This document shows positions 59,629-64,000 of a stretch of 64,000 nt of DNA, piece by piece. The first letter of the stretch is position 1, and every line of letters starts with the position of its first letter. The position numbers and the translations under genes are program-made. This stretch comes from an uncultured Alphaproteobacteria bacterium (lineage in GTDB: Bacteria; Pseudomonadota; Alphaproteobacteria; RF32; CAG-239), in the NCBI GenBank assembly GCA_944392265.1, contig CALXWC010000006.1, positions 133-64,132 of the forward strand. Reading direction: 5' to 3'. The notes beneath the pieces were generated by a model. The model was not told the DNA's origin and did not search any database. It worked only from the letters and a program-made list of their open reading frames with translations.

Positions 59629-61608
59629 ATGCCTTTTAAGATAAATTCGCCTTTTGCTCCCGCCGGAGATCAACCTCAAGCAATTAAAGAGCTATGTGAA
59701 GGCATCAATCAAGGTGTGGCTTCTCAGGTATTGTTAGGTGTAACTGGCTCCGGAAAAACTTTTACGATGGCCAAAATTATAGAACAAACCCAGCGCCCTG
59801 CTCTGATTATGGCTCCAAATAAAATTCTGGCCGCACAATTATATTCGGAAATGAAAGAATTTTTTCCAGATAATCATGTTGAATATTTTGTATCTTATTA
59901 CGATTATTATCAGCCGGAAGCCTATATTCCCAAAACAGATACCTATATAGAAAAAGATTCTGCACTCAATGAACAAATAGACCGTATGAGAAACGCTGCA
60001 ACCAGAAGCTTGTTGGAAAACAGAGATGTTATCATTGTTGCATCAGTTTCCTGCATCTATGGTTTAGGAGATGTTGAATCTTATTCTGCCATGACCATAC
60101 CTTTAGAGGTTGGTGAAGAAATCAGCATCAAAGATGTTGCCAAAAGGTTAACCGAGCTCCAATATGAAAGAAATCAAAATAACTTTGTACGTAGCACATT
60201 TCGTATCAATGGAGATGTATTAGATATTTTTCCGGCGCATTATGAAGACCGCGCATGGAGAATATCTTTCTTTGGCGATGAGATTGAAACAATCCACGAG
60301 TTCGATTCCCTAACCGGCAAAAAGACCGCATCTTTAAACAATGTAACGGTCTATCCGGCCAACCACTATGTAACCCCTCGTCCGGCAATTTCTCAGGCCT
60401 TGGTCGGCATCAAAAAAGAATTAAAAGAAAGAGTGGAAGAGTTTAAGGAACAAAACAAACTTGTAGAAGCGCAAAGAATAGAACAAAGAACCAGATTTGA
60501 CATTGAAATGTTGGAAACAACCGGCCATTGTAAAGGAATTGAAAATTACTCAAGATATCTAACCGGACGCAAAGCCGGAGATCCTCCTCCGACATTGTTT
60601 GAATATTTACCGCATGATGCTTTGATTTTTATTGATGAGAGTCATATTTCCGTACCTCAAATCGGTGGTATGTATAAAGGAGACTATAACCGCAAACACA
60701 CTTTGGCAGAATTTGGCTTTAGATTACCTTCTTGTGTAGACAACCGCCCGCTCAAATTTTATGAATGGGACAAGATGCGCGGACAAACCATTTTTGTTTC
60801 AGCCACCCCCGGAGATTGGGAGTTAGAACAAAGCCACGGCGTTTTTGTGGAGCAAGTTATCCGTCCAACGGGTTTGTCTGACCCACTTTGCATTATCAGA
60901 CCGGTAGAAGATCAGATTGATGATTTAATGCACGAGTGCCGCAAAACCGCAGAAAAAGGCGAACGCGTTTTGGTCACCACCTTAACCAAGAAAATGGCGG
61001 AAGATTTAACCGAATATCTAAATGAAAACGGCATTAAAGTCAGATATCTGCACTCAGATATTGATACATTAGAGCGCATAGAAATCATCAGAGATTTAAG
61101 ACTTGGTGTTTTTGATGTATTGGTCGGTATCAACTTGTTACGAGAAGGATTAGATATTCCCGAATGTTCTTTAGTTGCAATCTTAGATGCCGATAAGGAA
61201 GGATTTTTGCGTTCCACCCGCTCACTTATTCAAACCATCGGTAGAGCTGCCCGTAATGCTGAAGGCCGCGTTATTTTATATGCCGATAAGATGACTGATT
61301 CTCTAAAAGCCGCATTAGATGAAACCAACAGAAGAAGAGAAAAACAAATAAAGTATAATGCTGAACACGGCATTACGCCGCAAACAATTAAAAAGAAAAT
61401 CTCCAATGCCTTAGATGAAATGACCAAAGGCGATTATGTTGAAGTTTCAAAAGAAAAATCAGATATTTCTCAAGTTAAAAACATAGATAAAAAGCTCAAA
61501 GACTTGAACAAAGCCATGAGAGAAGCTGCCGCTAACTTAGAATTTGAACAAGCCATGATATACAGAGATGAAATTAAAAAGCTTGAAGAAATGTACCTCA
61601 AGAACTAA
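59629..61608 (+). CDS. uvrB: excinuclease ABC subunit B
   Basis: [12 protein letters not shown] Walker A, DESH box ([11 protein letters not shown]) and the C-terminal UVR motif [16 protein letters not shown]. Confidence 0.95.
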   Translation: MPFKINSPFAPAGDQPQAIKELCEGINQGVASQVLLGVTGSGKTFTMAKIIEQTQRPALIMAPNKILAAQLYSEMKEFFPDNHVEYFVSYYDYYQPEAYIPKTDTYIEKDSALNEQIDRMRNAATRSLLENRDVIIVASVSCIYGLGDVESYSAMTIPLEVGEEISIKDVAKRLTELQYERNQNNFVRSTFRINGDVLDIFPAHYEDRAWRISFFGDEIETIHEFDSLTGKKTASLNNVTVYPANHYVTPRPAISQALVGIKKELKERVEEFKEQNKLVEAQRIEQRTRFDIEMLETTGHCKGIENYSRYLTGRKAGDPPPTLFEYLPHDALIFIDESHISVPQIGGMYKGDYNRKHTLAEFGFRLPSCVDNRPLKFYEWDKMRGQTIFVSATPGDWELEQSHGVFVEQVIRPTGLSDPLCIIRPVEDQIDDLMHECRKTAEKGERVLVTTLTKKMAEDLTEYLNENGIKVRYLHSDIDTLERIEIIRDLRLGVFDVLVGINLLREGLDIPECSLVAILDADKEGFLRSTRSLIQTIGRAARNAEGRVILYADKMTDSLKAALDETNRRREKQIKYNAEHGITPQTIKKKISNALDEMTKGDYVEVSKEKSDISQVKNIDKKLKDLNKAMREAAANLEFEQAMIYRDEIKKLEEMYLKN

Positions 61609-61640
61609 AAAAAAGCACTCTATAAAGAGTGCTTTTAATT
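61607..61640. terminator. bidirectional rho-independent terminator
   Basis: aaaaaaaaGCACTCtataaaGAGTGCtttt lies between convergent uvrB and the rubredoxin-fusion gene. Confidence 0.75.
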
Positions 61641-61643
61641 TTC

Positions 61644-62315
61644 TTACATTTCTTTTTGTTCAAAGAAAGATTTGTCAACACCGCACAACGGGCAAACCCA
61701 ATCTTCCGGCAATTCTTCAAACGGGGTTTCTTCGTCATAAACATAACCACAAACAGTGCATACCCATTTCAAATTTTTTTTCTCTTCAGCCATTTTTTTC
61801 TCCTTTTCAGCATGAGAGTTAGATTTATATTCATTAAAACTTTTCAAAACTTCATTTTTAAATCCGTTACGATAATCAGCATAAGTCAAAGCCTCATCAC
61901 AAAGCAAGCATTCAGCATCCAAAACCTCAGCCACAAACATCGTGTTGCTTGAAAACTGTTGTTTGCTGATAACCTTAGCTTTAATAATAGCTGTAGACTT
62001 TGGATAATAAGGTAAATCATCTTTCATCAATGGAGAGATAACATCCCATTTATTCACATTGCGAGAAGATTGAAAACCAAAGTTAGCCAACACAAAGGGA
62101 TCAACACTTTTTCCCAATATACTCAAAGAGAAGATATTTGTTTTTTCAATCACCTCTTTGGTATAGCTTTGATTACCGCAAGAAATAATGATGATATTCG
62201 GACCATGCGCCACTTGTGTAACCGCATCAATCAAACTTCCGACCAAATGCCCGTTATCATTGGCACCGAGCACATAAAGACCGTTGGTCAATCTAAAAAG
62301 AGCATTTTCATCCAT
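61644..62315 (-). CDS. flavin reductase-like domain fused to C-terminal rubredoxin (high-molecular-weight rubredoxin type)
   Basis: The N-terminal [27 protein letters not shown] is flavin reductase-like. The C-terminal [19 protein letters not shown] is the rubredoxin CxxCG..CPxCG motif. Confidence 0.8.
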   Translation of the reverse strand: MDENALFRLTNGLYVLGANDNGHLVGSLIDAVTQVAHGPNIIIISCGNQSYTKEVIEKTNIFSLSILGKSVDPFVLANFGFQSSRNVNKWDVISPLMKDDLPYYPKSTAIIKAKVISKQQFSSNTMFVAEVLDAECLLCDEALTYADYRNGFKNEVLKSFNEYKSNSHAEKEKKMAEEKKNLKWVCTVCGYVYDEETPFEELPEDWVCPLCGVDKSFFEQKEM

Positions 62316-62430
62316 AATTCATCATCCTTAAAAAAACTTATAAGTATTATATAGTGAATAAAAAATAATTTTCAAATTGTTCTTAAATTTTTTTTTGCTA
62401 AAATGGGGAAAACTAGCAAAAGAGAGACAA

Positions 62431-63963
62431 ATGCCAAAAGAACTGGAAATATCCGAAGATTTTTCAAAAGCCTTTGAGTTGATTGAAAAAAGCAACAAGC
62501 ACCTTTTCATCACCGGAAAGGCAGGGTCTGGAAAATCAACTTTTTTGGAATATTGCCAAAACCATTTAAACAAAAATATGGTTATGCTGGCTCCAACGGG
62601 TGTTTCAGCCTTAAACATCAAAGGTCAAACCATTCATAGGTTCTTTGGCTTTCCGGTAAACATCAGCGTAGAAAAAATAAAATCTTTGGAGTTCACGCCT
62701 CGCGCCAAGAGGATATATAAAAACTTAGAAACGCTGATTATAGATGAAGTCTCAATGTTAAGGGCAGATTTGCTTGATTGTATCAATTGCTTTTTAGAGC
62801 TTTACGGACCGGTCAAAGGCGCGCCCTTCGGCGGTGTTCAGGTTGTTTTTGTCGGAGATTTATATCAGCTTCCACCGGTTATTTCTAAAGCAGAAGCCCC
62901 CTATTTTTATCAAAAATATGAAACCGCTTATTTTTTTAGTGCCGAAGTTTTCAAAAAAATCCCGCTTGAAGTTATAGAGTTAAAAAAGATTTATCGTCAA
63001 AAAGACCAAGATTTTATTGAAATGCTCAGCCGTTTTCGCAACAATACAGTCACCAAAGAAGATATTCAAAAACTAAACTCTCGCCTCAATCAAGAGCAAA
63101 AGTTTTATAATTTAACCGAGTTTCAAATCTTTTTGACTGCGACCAATCTTCAAGCAGAAAAAATAAACCAACAACATCTAGAAAAACTAGATGGCATTAC
63201 CTATTGTTCTGATGCATTTGTTGAAGGAAATTTTAATCAAGATTCATACCCAACGGCTGAAACCCTATATTTCAAAATCGGTTCTCAAATAATGTTTTTG
63301 AACAATGACAGCAAGAACAGATGGGTTAATGGCTCATTGGGATATATTGAAAAAATTTTTATGGAAAACGGGAAAATCAAACATATTTCTGTTCGCTTGA
63401 TGCAAGATTATAAACTGGTTGAAGTATTCCCCTATTCTTGGGAAATTTTCAAATATAAGATTGAAGGTAAAGAAATTATATCTGAAGTTGCCGGTTCTTT
63501 CACACAATTTCCGTTCCGTTTGGCATGGGCGGTCACCATTCACAAAAGCCAAGGCAAAACATTTGACCATGTGGTAATAGACATTGGTCAAGGCACCTTT
63601 GCTACCGGACAACTTTATGTGGCATTGAGCCGTTGCACATCTTTTGAAGGCATAAGCTTAACCAAAGCCATATCGCCAAGACATATTTTAACTGATGAAA
63701 AAATCAACGATTTTTTAAGCACATATCTTCCACATGAGCAAACTTTGGCAGAAAAAAGCAAAATTTTGCAAGAGTCGATATATCAAAAAAACAAATTATT
63801 GATAGAATATACCAAAGCCAACGGAGAAGAATCAAAAAGGATGATAATTCCACAACATATAAGCAAAAACAATCTATTAGCCTATTGCATTCAAAGAAAT
63901 GAACAAAGAACTTTTGTAATTGAACGAATAAAAAGTATAAAAATTTTAAAAAATAATAACTAA
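62431..63963 (+). CDS. pif1: PIF1/RecD-like SF1B DNA helicase with C-terminal WYL-like domain
   Basis: Walker A GKAGSGKST, IIDEVSM, GDLYQLPPV and AVTIHKSQGKTFDHVVI. The C-terminal KRMIIPQHISKNNLLAYCIQRNEQRTFVIERIKSI is WYL-like. ATG at 62431 preferred over the track start 62377. Confidence 0.8.
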   Translation: MPKELEISEDFSKAFELIEKSNKHLFITGKAGSGKSTFLEYCQNHLNKNMVMLAPTGVSALNIKGQTIHRFFGFPVNISVEKIKSLEFTPRAKRIYKNLETLIIDEVSMLRADLLDCINCFLELYGPVKGAPFGGVQVVFVGDLYQLPPVISKAEAPYFYQKYETAYFFSAEVFKKIPLEVIELKKIYRQKDQDFIEMLSRFRNNTVTKEDIQKLNSRLNQEQKFYNLTEFQIFLTATNLQAEKINQQHLEKLDGITYCSDAFVEGNFNQDSYPTAETLYFKIGSQIMFLNNDSKNRWVNGSLGYIEKIFMENGKIKHISVRLMQDYKLVEVFPYSWEIFKYKIEGKEIISEVAGSFTQFPFRLAWAVTIHKSQGKTFDHVVIDIGQGTFATGQLYVALSRCTSFEGISLTKAISPRHILTDEKINDFLSTYLPHEQTLAEKSKILQESIYQKNKLLIEYTKANGEESKRMIIPQHISKNNLLAYCIQRNEQRTFVIERIKSIKILKNNN

Positions 63964-64000
63964 AATCAAAAAAAAGACTTGAGAAAATATTTTTTTGAGG

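Noticed and set aside
1-64000. A search for transposases, integrases, IS inverted repeats, reverse transcriptases, phage structural genes and toxin-antitoxin pairs.
   Set aside because: No ORF shows the corresponding motifs (DDE, the R..HxxR..Y tyrosine recombinase signature, YxDD and so on). The only mobile-element-like signature is the tRNA-His 3'-end duplication, reported separately.

Overview
Visibly AT-rich chromosomal segment. I assign it to an alphaproteobacterium because it carries the lineage-typical cell-cycle genes mipZ, gcrA, a cckA-like hybrid kinase and an hdaA-like gene. These sit alongside two flagellar blocks (fliQ-fliR-flhB; fliL-fliM-motE-like) and motAB. I call about 58 protein-coding genes and one tRNA-His. 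Core housekeeping genes recognised by signature motifs are pgm, era, rnc, two lepB paralogs, acpS, spoT/rsh, rpoZ, gyrA, ssb, uvrA, uvrB, a PiT phosphate transporter with its DUF47 partner, and a DsbA-like protein. I found no rRNA, CRISPR array, transposase, integrase or reverse transcriptase. Accessory or unexplained content is listed here. (1) A 1027-aa protein has a type IV prepilin-like N-terminus and a repetitive solenoid-like body. It has a Cys-rich membrane-anchored partner just upstream of fliL, and no pilus machinery lies in the window. (2) About 2.2 tandem copies of a ~238-240 bp unit abut tRNA-His; each copy re-duplicates the last 19 nt of the tRNA plus its terminator. (3) An ATP-grasp ligase, an AstE/AspA-type amidohydrolase and an orphan solute-binding protein form a module. 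(4) A duplicated promoter/leader cassette drives two unrelated ORFans. (5) A cat gene and a run of ORFans lie next to the tRNA. (6) Two separate ArsR-linked thiol/Cys-rich clusters are present. (7) There are several secreted ORFan pairs. All functional calls come from reading motifs by eye; no database search was possible.
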